A DNA stretch of 64,000 nt from contig JBDGUH010000001.1 of NCBI GenBank assembly GCA_042216055.1, positions 2,213 through 66,212 of the forward strand. Reading direction: 5' to 3'. The notes under the pieces were generated by a model that was given only the letters and a program-made list of their open reading frames with translations, did not search any database and had not been told where the DNA came from. The stretch comes from Haloarculaceae archaeon (GTDB taxonomy: Archaea; Halobacteriota; Halobacteria; Halobacteriales; Haloarculaceae). Below are positions 18,439 through 27,591 of the stretch, one piece after another (position 1 is the first letter of the stretch; the number at the start of each line of letters is the position of its first letter). The translations under genes and the position numbers were made by a program.

Positions 18439-19985
18439 AGCGGGATGTTCCCGTGCTTGCGGTCGGGCCCGTCGACCCGCTTCGATCGGAGCAGGTTCAG
18501 GTCGTCGATCAGTCGCGGCCGGGTCTCGGCCGGTTCGATCACGTCGTCGACGAAGCCCCGCCGGGCCGCCACGTAGGGGTTGGCGAAGGCGTCGCGGTAC
18601 TCCTCGATCAGTTCCTCGCGGCGGGCCGGAACGTCCTCGGCGGACTCGAGTTCGTCGTCGTAGAGGACGTTCACCGCGCCCTGGGGTCCCATCACCGCGA
18701 TCTCGGCGGTCGGCCAGGCGTAGTTGACGTCGGCGCCGACGTGCTTCGAGGCCATCACGTCGTAGGCGCCGCCGTAGGCCTTTCGGGTGATGACCGTCGC
18801 TAGCGGTACCGTCGCCTCGGAGTAGGCGTACAGCAGTTTCGCGCCGTGGGCGATGATCGCGTTTCGCTCCTGGTCCTTCCCGGGCATGAACCCCGGCACG
18901 TCGACGAACGTGACGATGGGGAGGTTGAAGGCGTCACAGAAGCGGACGAACCGGGCGGCCTTCCGCGAGGCGTCGATGTCGAGCGTGCCGGCGTTGACCC
19001 GTGGCTGGTTGCCCACGACGCCGACCGCGTGGCCGTCCAGGCGCGCGAACCCGACGACGACGTTGCGGGCAAACCCCTCGGCCACCTCGAAGAAGGAATC
19101 CTCGTCCAGGACGCCCGCGATCACGTCCGTCACGTCGTAGGGCTTCTGCGGGGCGTCCGGCACGACGTCGATGAGGCCCTCGTCGCGGCGCTCGGGGTCG
19201 TCCCAGGGCTCGACGCGGGGCGGGTCCGCGACGTTGTTCTGCGGGAGAAACGACAGGAGGTAGCGCACCTCGTCCATCGCGGCCTTCTCGTCGGCGGCGG
19301 TGAAGTGGGCGACCCCCGACTCCGTCGCGTGGGTCCGCGCGCCGCCGAGTTCGTCGAAGCCCACCTCCTCGCCCGTGACCGTCTCGATCACGTCGGGGCC
19401 GGTGATGAACATGTGGCTGGTGTCCTCGACCATGTAGACGAAGTCGGTGATCGCCGGGGAGTACACCGCGCCGCCGGCACAGGGCCCCATCACGATCGAG
19501 ATCTGGGGGACGACGCCGCTGGCCCGCTGGTTGCGGTGGAAGATCTCGGCGTACCCCGCGAGCGCGTCGATCCCCTCCTGGATGCGGGCGCCCGCGGAGT
19601 CGTTCAGGCCGACGATGGGCGCGCCCACTTCGACGGCGCGGTCCATCACCTTGCACACCTTCTGGGCGAAGGCCTCGCCGAGCGACCCCCCCAGGACGGT
19701 GAAGTCGTGGGCGAAGACGAACACCGTCCGCCCGGCGACCTCGCCTTTCCCGGTGACGACGCCGTCGCCCGGGATCTCCCGCTCGGCCATGTCGAAGTTC
19801 GTCGAGCGGTGCTCGCGCAACTGATCGATCTCCGTGAACGTGCCGTCGTCGAGGAAGTACTCGATGCGCTCGCGGGCCGTGAGCTTCCCCCGCTCGTGCT
19901 GGGCCTCGATGCGCTCCTCCCCGCCGCCTTCGGCCGCGCGCGCCTTGCGCTCGCGCAGGTCCTCGATGTCCTCGTCGCGGCTCAC
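18435..19985 (-). CDS. pccB: Propionyl-CoA carboxylase beta chain / methylmalonyl-CoA carboxyltransferase
   Basis: [51 protein letters not shown]. These are canonical carboxyltransferase blocks. Confidence 0.9.
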   Translation of the reverse strand: MSRDEDIEDLRERKARAAEGGGEERIEAQHERGKLTARERIEYFLDDGTFTEIDQLREHRSTNFDMAEREIPGDGVVTGKGEVAGRTVFVFAHDFTVLGGSLGEAFAQKVCKVMDRAVEVGAPIVGLNDSAGARIQEGIDALAGYAEIFHRNQRASGVVPQISIVMGPCAGGAVYSPAITDFVYMVEDTSHMFITGPDVIETVTGEEVGFDELGGARTHATESGVAHFTAADEKAAMDEVRYLLSFLPQNNVADPPRVEPWDDPERRDEGLIDVVPDAPQKPYDVTDVIAGVLDEDSFFEVAEGFARNVVVGFARLDGHAVGVVGNQPRVNAGTLDIDASRKAARFVRFCDAFNLPIVTFVDVPGFMPGKDQERNAIIAHGAKLLYAYSEATVPLATVITRKAYGGAYDVMASKHVGADVNYAWPTAEIAVMGPQGAVNVLYDDELESAEDVPARREELIEEYRDAFANPYVAARRGFVDDVIEPAETRPRLIDDLNLLRSKRVDGPDRKHGNIPL

Positions 19986-20051
19986 GACTGCTCACTCCCG
20001 GGCCGATCCATGGCCGGTCGGACGGGAGGCTCGGAAAAAAGCGTTACCGCT

Positions 20052-21092
20052 CTACGGGGTGATCACCGCTCGCCCCTCGATCTCGCGGCGTTCGAGGCGC
20101 TCGGCGACGTCGTTGACCGCCTCGAGGTCGTACCGGGAGGTGTGTAACGCCACCTCGTCGTCCGCGACCAACGCCAGCAGTTCCTGGAGTTCGGTGTACC
20201 GCCCGACGATGTTGCCCACGAAGGAGAACTCGCCGTTGACCATCGCCTGGGCCGGTTCGTGGACGTGGCCGCCGTAGCCGATGATGTGGTGATCGCCGCC
20301 CGCAGCCGTGATGTCCGGCGCGTACGCAGTGGTCACGTCCGCGCCGACGAAGTCGAGCACCTGCGCGGCCCCGACGCCGTCGGTCACGTCCGCGACGAAC
20401 GACGGCACGTCCACCGTCTCGGGGTTGACGGTGTGGTCCGCGCCGAGTTCCTCGGCCAGGTCCAGGGCAGCGTCCTTGAGGTCGACGGCCGTGATCCTGG
20501 CGGCGCTCATCGCCTCGACGCACTGCAGGCCGATGTGACCGAGACCGCCGACGCCGACGATCACGGCGTGGTCGCCGGGATTCAGTTCCCGGACGGCCTT
20601 CTTCGCGGCGTGGTAAGCCGTGATCCCGGCGTCGGCGTGGGGCGCGATGTCGATGGGTTCGACGCCGTCGGGCAGCGGGATCACCGCCCGCTCGTTCGTC
20701 AGCATGTAGTCCGCGAACCCGCCGTCGGTCGTCAGGCCGTTGAACTGCTGGCGCTCGCAGTACATCGTCTCGCCGAGGCGACAGGGCCGGCAGGTCCCGC
20801 AGGTCTGGACGGGGTGACAGATGACGGCGTCGCCCTCCGAGACGACCGTCACCTCCTCGCCCGTCTCGACGACGCGGCCGGCGTTCTCGTGACCGAGCGT
20901 CATCGGCAGGGGCTGATCGACGTACTCGGCCCACATCCCCTCGATGATGTGGTTGTCTGTCTGACACCAGCCGGCGCCCTCGACCTCGATGACGACTTCG
21001 TCGGACCGGGAGACTGTCGGTCGGTCAACCTCTTCGATGGTGAGGCCGTGGCTCATCTCGTCGGTGTACTCGTTGAGTCGCGCTGCGCGCAT
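20052..21092 (-). CDS. Zinc-dependent alcohol dehydrogenase family oxidoreductase
   Basis: GWCQTDNHIIEG and GHENAG (catalytic Zn). CGTCRPCRLGETMYC (structural Zn). VGVGGLGH (Rossmann). Start at ATG 21092. Confidence 0.85.
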   Translation of the reverse strand: MRAARLNEYTDEMSHGLTIEEVDRPTVSRSDEVVIEVEGAGWCQTDNHIIEGMWAEYVDQPLPMTLGHENAGRVVETGEEVTVVSEGDAVICHPVQTCGTCRPCRLGETMYCERQQFNGLTTDGGFADYMLTNERAVIPLPDGVEPIDIAPHADAGITAYHAAKKAVRELNPGDHAVIVGVGGLGHIGLQCVEAMSAARITAVDLKDAALDLAEELGADHTVNPETVDVPSFVADVTDGVGAAQVLDFVGADVTTAYAPDITAAGGDHHIIGYGGHVHEPAQAMVNGEFSFVGNIVGRYTELQELLALVADDEVALHTSRYDLEAVNDVAERLERREIEGRAVITP

Positions 21093-21285
21093 GTCTGTGT
21101 CTACCTTCGCCGGGACGTTGAAAGTTATCAAGGGCTACACGGACCGTCACGGACCGTAAGTGCGACCTACATTCGAGGACCCCACGCTGGGCCCGGCCCG
21201 ACCGCGAACCGCCGGAGTTTTGCCGCCCAGTCGCCTCACTTGGCCCGTGCAGAACGTCACGGCGCGCCTGTCGAACCCGTTCGAC

Positions 21286-21873
21286 ATGGACCCCGGCTGT
21301 GAGCCCGCGGTCCTGGGCTACGGCGACGCGAACGCCCACTTCCACGTGATCGGCGACCGCCCGGCCGTCCACGGCGGCGCCGACTCGGGGTTCCCGTTCA
21401 CGGATCGTCAGGCCAGCGAGCGTCTGCAGCGCGCCCTCGTCGACGGCGGCCTACTCGAGGCGGCCGGGGCGCCACCGACCGTCGACCGGACCTTCCTCTC
21501 GTATCTGTACCCCTGTGTCACCGAGGGGACGCCGACCGAGGCCGAGTACGACCGCCTGGAGCCCCTGTTCGACGCCGAACTCCGGGCGGTGACCGCCCAC
21601 GTCCTACTGCCGGTCGGGGAGCGCGCCACCCGGCACGTCCTCGAGCACTACACCGCCACGTCCGCCGACGGGGTCGCGGTCGAGGCCAGCCACGCGACGG
21701 AGGTGCAAAGCGGCGGGTGGCTCGTCTATCCGATCAGGGACCCTGCCGACTGGACCGACCGGGACGAGCGCCGCCTCGTGACGGCCCTGCGGGACCTGCT
21801 GGCCTCCGATTACAGACGCGAGGCCGACCTCGGGCGCTTCCTCCACGGTGGCGACTCGTACTTCGTGCGGTAG
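21286..21873 (+). CDS. Uracil-DNA glycosylase superfamily protein
   Basis: GYGDANAHFHVIGDRP resembles UDG family 4/5 motif A. Size and the later HATEVQ region are compatible. The start is uncertain (ATG 21286, GTG 21247 or the track start 21160). Confidence 0.55.
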   Translation: MDPGCEPAVLGYGDANAHFHVIGDRPAVHGGADSGFPFTDRQASERLQRALVDGGLLEAAGAPPTVDRTFLSYLYPCVTEGTPTEAEYDRLEPLFDAELRAVTAHVLLPVGERATRHVLEHYTATSADGVAVEASHATEVQSGGWLVYPIRDPADWTDRDERRLVTALRDLLASDYRREADLGRFLHGGDSYFVR

Positions 21874-21953
21874 TCCGGCGCGGCGACCGCCCGTCGTCCG
21901 TATCGGACACAGCAAATCAGCGCCGCCTGTCGTCCGTGCACTTCCGGAAACCG

Positions 21954-23270
21954 TCAGTCGGCGCTTCCCGCCGATCCGGCCGCGTCCTGTGGCCCGCCGC
22001 CGGTCCCGTCGGTCCCCGGGCCGACGCCGCTCTCGCCCCACTCCCGGACGTACCGAATTCGCTCCGGGATGGGCGGGTGATCGTAGTGGAACCGCTCGTA
22101 CCAGGGATGGGGGAACAGTTCGGCCAGGTTCTCGGCCGCGAGGTTCGAGAGCGCGCCGGCCATGGGCTCGCTCCCGACGGTCTCGACGGCGAACCGGTCG
22201 GCCTGGCGCTCGAAGCGCAGCGACAGGAGGTTCGACAGCGGCGCCGTCAGCTGGTAGACCTGGCCGACCACGACGAACGCGAGCAGGGCGCCGGCCTCGG
22301 TCGCGTCCGGCGGCATTCCGAACGTCGCGTACAGCGGCGTCCAGGCCACGAGTGCGCCCAGGGCGGCGAAAATTACGAGAAACTGGAGCGCGCCGAGCGC
22401 GACGAACTTCCAGATGTGTCCCTTCTTCCAGTGGGCCAGTTCGTGCGCGAGGACGCCCTGGACCTCGGCCGGGGCCATCCCCTCGATCAGCGTGTCGTAG
22501 AGGACGACGCGCTTGGCCGGGCCGAAGCCGACGAAGAAGGCGTTGGTGTGAGAAGAGCGCCGCGAGGCGTCCATCTCGTAGACCTGCTCGCAGGTGAAGC
22601 CCGCCCGGTCGAACACCGCCTCGACCGCCCTGCGCAGGTCGCCCTCCTCCAGCGGCGCGAACTCGTAGAACAGCGGGTAGACGACCCGCGGGAGCAGCAC
22701 CTGCAGCCCGACCAGCAGGGCAACGGCCAGCGCCCACCCGGCGAGCCACCACAGCGGCGTCGCCCCGACGAACCAGAACAGCACGGCGCTGACCGGAAGC
22801 GCGATGACGAGCGTCACGGCCGTCCCGACGACGAGGTCCCGGAGCCACAGCGCCGGGGTCTGGTTGTTGAACCCGAACGTCTCCTCGACGACGAACGTCT
22901 CGAATAGGTCGAAGGGGACGGCGACGAGTCGGTAGGCCAGCAGCGCTCCCGCGACGAGGATCACGCCCCGGGCCAGCGGCGGGAGGCCGGTCGAACCGAG
23001 CGCCCGGACGAGGTCCCCGTAGAGGCCCCCGTACAGGACCAGCAGGACGCCGGCGAGCAGGACCCACGACCGGAGCAGCGCCGTCCCGGTGGTCGCGCGC
23101 TGGTAGTCGAGCAGTTCGTCGACGTCCTCGACGCCCAGCCGTTGCTCGACCCACTCCCGCTCTCCCGGGAGGACCCGCTCCTCGTGGCGGCGATTGAGTA
23201 TCGCCAGCGCCGTCATGAACAGGTCGGTGCCCGCGAGAGCCGCGAACACCACCCCAGCGACCAGTAGCAT
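21954..23270 (-). CDS. M48-family zinc metallopeptidase (Ste24/HtpX-like), multi-pass membrane
   Basis: HELAHWKKGH (HExxH). Several hydrophobic segments. C-terminal HPWYERFHYDHPP typical of Ste24-type proteases. Confidence 0.8.
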   Translation of the reverse strand: MLLVAGVVFAALAGTDLFMTALAILNRRHEERVLPGEREWVEQRLGVEDVDELLDYQRATTGTALLRSWVLLAGVLLVLYGGLYGDLVRALGSTGLPPLARGVILVAGALLAYRLVAVPFDLFETFVVEETFGFNNQTPALWLRDLVVGTAVTLVIALPVSAVLFWFVGATPLWWLAGWALAVALLVGLQVLLPRVVYPLFYEFAPLEEGDLRRAVEAVFDRAGFTCEQVYEMDASRRSSHTNAFFVGFGPAKRVVLYDTLIEGMAPAEVQGVLAHELAHWKKGHIWKFVALGALQFLVIFAALGALVAWTPLYATFGMPPDATEAGALLAFVVVGQVYQLTAPLSNLLSLRFERQADRFAVETVGSEPMAGALSNLAAENLAELFPHPWYERFHYDHPPIPERIRYVREWGESGVGPGTDGTGGGPQDAAGSAGSAD

Positions 23271-23344
23271 GAGGAGACGGTCCGTGGGGGAGCGAAAAGT
23301 AGCTTGCCCCGCGGCGACGGCCGGCGTGGGGCGTTCCGGGCCGC

Positions 23345-24055
23345 CTACGCTTTCCCGTACACCGGCACCGCGGCGCCGCTCGTGACGCTCGCGCCGTCCG
23401 AGCAGAGGAACATGATCATCTCGGCGATGTCCTCAGGGTCGACCCACCTGTCGTGGTCGGCGCCGGGCATCATCTCGCGGTTCATCGGCGTGTCGATGAC
23501 GCTTGGCATCACGGCGTTCGCGCGGACGACGCCCTCGTTCTCCGCGGCGATGGACTCCGTGAGCAGGCGCACGCCGGCCTTCGTCGCGCGATACACCGCG
23601 TCGCCCTCGCCGCCCTCGAGCGAGGACCGGGCCGACACCGAGACGATGGCCCCCTCGCTCTCCCGGAGGTGGGGAAGGGCGTGCTTGGAGGCCAGGAACG
23701 CCGTCTTGAGGTTCACGTCGAACAGGAAGTCGAACGTGTCCACGCTCGTCTCGTGGACCGGGTCCCCGCCGCGCCAGGTGCCCGCGATGTTACAGAGGTG
23801 CTCGAGTTCACCGTGGTCGTCGACCACGGCCTCGACCACGCGCTGTACCTCCGTTTCGTCGGTGAAATCGCCCTGATAGAACTCCACGATGTCGTCGTCA
23901 TCCAGCAGGAAGTCCTCGCTGTCGGGGTCGACGATGTCGGCGCCACATACCGTCGCGCCGGCCGCGTCGAACGCGCGGGCGACGGCGCTCCCGAGCGCGC
24001 CCCCGACGCCGGTCACCAGTACCACGTCGCCCTCGAAGTCGAACTCGACCGTCAT
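23345..24055 (-). CDS. Short-chain dehydrogenase/reductase (SDR)
   Basis: VVLVTGVGGALG (TGxxxGxG) and YRATKAG (YxxxK). Confidence 0.85.
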   Translation of the reverse strand: MTVEFDFEGDVVLVTGVGGALGSAVARAFDAAGATVCGADIVDPDSEDFLLDDDDIVEFYQGDFTDETEVQRVVEAVVDDHGELEHLCNIAGTWRGGDPVHETSVDTFDFLFDVNLKTAFLASKHALPHLRESEGAIVSVSARSSLEGGEGDAVYRATKAGVRLLTESIAAENEGVVRANAVMPSVIDTPMNREMMPGADHDRWVDPEDIAEMIMFLCSDGASVTSGAAVPVYGKA

Positions 24056-24172
24056 ACCCCAGGAGTCGAACGCGTCCCGGATAAATGTAGGCGGCGCGAC
24101 AGCGCTGGCCCTCCCCGGGATCGGTCGGCGCCGGCCACGGGATCGATCCCATCGTTCACCCCTGTCGTCCGG

Positions 24173-25228
24173 CTACGGGCGGAAACCGACGCTCGACCCG
24201 GCGCCGATGGTCGATCCCGTGGCGAGGAGCATCGCGCCCCCCGTCAGCAGGACCGCGCCGCGGGCGGTGCCGCGGTACTCGACGGTGACGGTCGATCCGT
24301 GCCTGGAGACCTCCGTCGACTGGATCGCCGATGCGAACTCGTCGCCCCACGAGACCCCGTTCCCGAGATAGCGCGGGGCGAGTTGCACGACGTTCGAGAG
24401 GATCGTCCGCAACCGGTCCGCAGCGTCGCGCGAGGCGACCGCAAACGACGCCGAGAGGTGATAGCCGTCGCCCGAGCGGCCCATGGACCCGTAGGCACGC
24501 TGGATCCGCCGGAGCGGGCCGACGTTGAAGGACCCGCCGGTCGCCGCTGCGGGCAGCATCGAGGCGGGAACGGTCGTCGAGAACCTGGCGTACCGGCCCG
24601 ACGTCTCCGTGAAGCCCTGGCGTACCGGACCCGAGACGGCGTCGGCCTCGCCCCGTCGCACGTCGATGGCGCCTTCGACGAGCGACCGTCGGCCGACGGC
24701 GAACGCGCCGTCCCCGAGCGAGGTGAGGACGCCCGTTCGCTCGCTGCCCGCCTGGACGTACAGCGTCCGCCCGCCGTACGATTCCTGCTGGAAGCGCGTG
24801 TCGGTCCGCCGGCGGAGCGCTCCGAGGAGCGCGGACTCGCGCCACCCCGTCCGGAGGACGAGGGCCGCCCGCGGCGTCTCCTCGTAGCGGCCGAACGCGA
24901 GCGCCGACTTCGCCCGGCGGGGGTCGAGCCCCCAGCCACGCTGGAGGGCGTCGAGTTCCCCCTCTACCGTCGGCGACCCGCCGGCGGGCGTCGCGGTCGC
25001 GAGCAACCGGTTCGCGGCGTCCCTGAGCGACGCGTCCCCCAGCAGCGACGCCACGTCGACGTGCGCGACGAAGTCGGACCCGGCCGGAACGCCGTCGAGC
25101 GGGGACGGTCCCCCGCCGTCGCCGCCCGACAGGAATCCGTTACAGCCCGCGAGGGCCGTCAGGACACCGGCGGCGGCGAGTCCGCCCGCCGATCGGACGA
25201 GACCGCGACGTGACAGCCCTCGATCCAT
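24173..25228 (-). CDS. Tat-type lipoprotein of unknown function
   Basis: MDRGLSRRGLVRSAGGLAAAGVLTALAGC has a twin-arginine signal plus lipobox. No recognisable catalytic motif. Confidence 0.6.
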   Translation of the reverse strand: MDRGLSRRGLVRSAGGLAAAGVLTALAGCNGFLSGGDGGGPSPLDGVPAGSDFVAHVDVASLLGDASLRDAANRLLATATPAGGSPTVEGELDALQRGWGLDPRRAKSALAFGRYEETPRAALVLRTGWRESALLGALRRRTDTRFQQESYGGRTLYVQAGSERTGVLTSLGDGAFAVGRRSLVEGAIDVRRGEADAVSGPVRQGFTETSGRYARFSTTVPASMLPAAATGGSFNVGPLRRIQRAYGSMGRSGDGYHLSASFAVASRDAADRLRTILSNVVQLAPRYLGNGVSWGDEFASAIQSTEVSRHGSTVTVEYRGTARGAVLLTGGAMLLATGSTIGAGSSVGFRP

Positions 25229-25298
25229 CGTGTGCAGCGTCCGCCACGACGACCCTTAACTGCTCTGGCGCTCCGGCGCCCACGCGGGCCTCGTGCCG

Positions 25299-25985
25299 TC
25301 ACTCGCCCCAGTAGTACCGTGGGCCGAGGACGAGGTAGGCGACGGCGGCGACGAGCAGCACCCGGGGGAACACTCGAGCGAACCGGGTCGGGACGAGGAT
25401 GGCGAGCGCCTGGACGACGCCGAGCGCGAGCGCGTCACGGGCGAGGAGGCCCGGGTAGGGCCAGGGAGCGACCATCAGCGGCGACAGGAGAACCGTCGCC
25501 GCGAGGATGGCCGCCGCCGGCCCGACGCCCGCGAGATAGCCCGCCGCCAGGATTGTCGCCGCGAGGGTGTTCGGGATTCCCGGGCGGGCGTCGCCGTCCT
25601 CGACGTGGACGGTGTAGAGGACGGTGCGGACGACCGAGAGGACGACGAACAGGGCGGGAACGGCGAGGCCGACGGCCAGGAGCGGCCAGTTGGCGGCACC
25701 GAGGCCGCCGTACTCGACGCGGAACACGCCGTAGACGAGCAGGGCCGGCGTCGCGCCAAAGGACACCACGTCGGTCACCGAGTCCAGCAGGGGGCCGACG
25801 GCCGTGTTGCCGGCTTTCCGGGCGACGATGCCGTCGAGGCCGTCGGCGACGGCCGCGAGGAGGAGGAGGCGGGCCGCCAGACCGGGGTCGGTGAACGCGA
25901 CCACGGCGGCGACGAACCCGACGACCGCGTTGACGAGCGTGATCCCGTCGGCGACACCGAGCCGTCGTCGCACCTGCAGGCCCAT
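25299..25985 (-). CDS. CDP-alcohol phosphatidyltransferase (archaetidylserine-synthase-like)
   Basis: DGLDGIVARKAGNTAVGPLLDSVTDVV matches D-G-x2-A-R-x8-G-x3-D-x3-D. Multi-pass membrane. Start at ATG 25985. Confidence 0.8.
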   Translation of the reverse strand: MGLQVRRRLGVADGITLVNAVVGFVAAVVAFTDPGLAARLLLLAAVADGLDGIVARKAGNTAVGPLLDSVTDVVSFGATPALLVYGVFRVEYGGLGAANWPLLAVGLAVPALFVVLSVVRTVLYTVHVEDGDARPGIPNTLAATILAAGYLAGVGPAAAILAATVLLSPLMVAPWPYPGLLARDALALGVVQALAILVPTRFARVFPRVLLVAAVAYLVLGPRYYWGE

Positions 25986-26031
25986 GCCTGCCCCCTCGGT
26001 GAGGGGGCACATCAAAACTCCGAAACGGCCA

Positions 26032-26697
26032 CTACTGTTCCCTGGTCGGATCGATCCAGAACCGCGCCGCCGTCACGAACGATCCGACGAGCAGGAGGAG
26101 CAGTTGCCACCCCGAGCGGACGACCGGGAACACGCGCTCGACGTCGGCGGGCTCGGGCCCCTGCTGGGGATCGACCCCGGTGCTGATGTGGACCTGCTGG
26201 GAGCTACCGAAGGAGTGTGGATGGGGGCCGCCCTGCGTCGCGTTCTGGGTGTGTCGCGAGAGGTCGACGAACGTCTGGACGATGCCGTGTTTGTTCGACA
26301 GTTCGATCTTGCCGTTGATGACCCAGAACTGGTCGTGGAGCGGCCACAGCGGATTCACGCCCCCGGTGAACAGGTCCAGTCCGATGGCGGCGACGGCAAA
26401 GCAGAAGATCGACACCCAGGCGATCCTGACGCCGCGCCACCCCCAGCGCCCCCGGATCAGCCCATCGCCGGGCCGATGCTCGTCGACTGCGAGCAATGCT
26501 GCAGCGAGGGCCGGTATCAGAAACGTGTGAAACGCCGTGCGATGCCCGAACGTGAAAAACAGGCCGACGAACGCGTCGAGGTCGGGGATGGCGGTGACGC
26601 CGAGCACCACCAGCAGTGACCGCCGGTCGAAGGCCCCGCCCAGCAGTACGGCGGCGATCATCCCGGCGAACGCGAGGTGGACCAGCGACGATGGCAT
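26032..26697 (-). CDS. Membrane-bound metal-dependent hydrolase (YdjM/DUF457-like)
   Basis: MPSSLVHLAFAG...IPDLDAFVG...GHRTAFHTFL pattern with 4-5 TM segments. Confidence 0.6.
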   Translation of the reverse strand: MPSSLVHLAFAGMIAAVLLGGAFDRRSLLVVLGVTAIPDLDAFVGLFFTFGHRTAFHTFLIPALAAALLAVDEHRPGDGLIRGRWGWRGVRIAWVSIFCFAVAAIGLDLFTGGVNPLWPLHDQFWVINGKIELSNKHGIVQTFVDLSRHTQNATQGGPHPHSFGSSQQVHISTGVDPQQGPEPADVERVFPVVRSGWQLLLLLVGSFVTAARFWIDPTREQ

Positions 26698-26918
26698 GGG
26701 TTAGCAAACGCGAGCAGGGGAATCAACCTTGTGGTGGGTGACATTCGAAGTCCACCGCGAGAGCCGGCCAACGATGCCACCAGCACCGAACGTGCCGTCG
26801 CCGGAAACTTATAAATACGTTCCGACACCTGCTAGTCGGTACCGCGAGTCATGAACAGCAAGGTGGTGGCGGGGCTTTGGGCGGCCCCGACAGACGGTGG
26901 TGTGGTGGTGAGGGGACC

Positions 26919-27464
26919 GTGAGTAGCGGCAACGACGCCCGCAGGCGCGTCACGGAACGTCTCCAGGTAGACCCCGGAACGCAGGCACTCGTGTCGCTGC
27001 GATCGATGGACGACCTGCTCGAATTGCTCCCTCCCGAGGCGTTCCGGAATCTCCTGTTCGTCTCGACCGAGACGCCCGCGGACGTGGAGGGGACGCTCCG
27101 CGAACGAGGAGCGGACCCCTCCGCGGTCGGCCTGTTACCCGTCTCGGGGGCGACGACCGAGTACGATGGCCCGCTGTCCGTCGCCGAACCGGTCGTCCCG
27201 GACGACCTGACGGGGCTGAGCATCCAGTTCACGGCCGCGCTCGACGCGCTTACACCGGGGCGGGGATGGGTGTGTTTCGACTCCCTCAACGTCTTCCTGC
27301 TGTACGCGACCGAGAACCGCACCCAGCGCTTCTTCGACCACGCCGTCACGCGCGCCCGAGAACGGAACCTCTGTGGCGTTTACGGCGTGGTCAGGGAGGC
27401 GATGGACGACCGGGCCTACGAGCGACTGCGACGCGGCTTCGGCGCCGAAATCGATCGTCGCTGA
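26919..27464 (+). CDS. Conserved haloarchaeal hypothetical protein (possibly an inactive KaiC/RecA-like fold)
   Basis: NLLFVSTETPADVEGTLRERG...GWVCFDSLNVFLLY resembles KaiC-like strand order without a Walker A motif. The start is ambiguous (TTG 26877 or GTG 26919). The TGA stop at 27462-27464 doubles as the MITE target-site duplication. Confidence 0.45.
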   Translation: MSSGNDARRRVTERLQVDPGTQALVSLRSMDDLLELLPPEAFRNLLFVSTETPADVEGTLRERGADPSAVGLLPVSGATTEYDGPLSVAEPVVPDDLTGLSIQFTAALDALTPGRGWVCFDSLNVFLLYATENRTQRFFDHAVTRARERNLCGVYGVVREAMDDRAYERLRRGFGAEIDRR

Positions 27465-27544
27465 TACGGATCATTGAGACCCTGTACCGATCCGACCACA
27501 CGACGTCGTGCGATCGAGACGGGAGTGAATCGCAGTAACCCGTA
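27465..27544. mobile_element. 80-nt palindromic MITE, copy A (flanked by TGA/TGA)
   Basis: TACGGATCATTGAGAC...CGATCGAGACGGGAGTGAATCGCAGTAACCCGTA. Has terminal inverted repeats and a central hairpin. 3-bp direct repeats lie at 27462-27464 and 27545-27547. Confidence 0.8.
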
Positions 27545-27591
27545 TGAAACGGTCTCTCGCGAGATAGCGCCGAAACGGCCCCGCTCGCCGT

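Noticed and set aside
26851-26922. 23-codon ATG ORF (MNSKVVAGLWAAPTDGGVVVRGP) downstream of a TATAAATA box at about 26810
   Set aside because: It is too short and featureless to call. It more likely marks the 5' region or alternative start of the 26877/26919..27464 gene.
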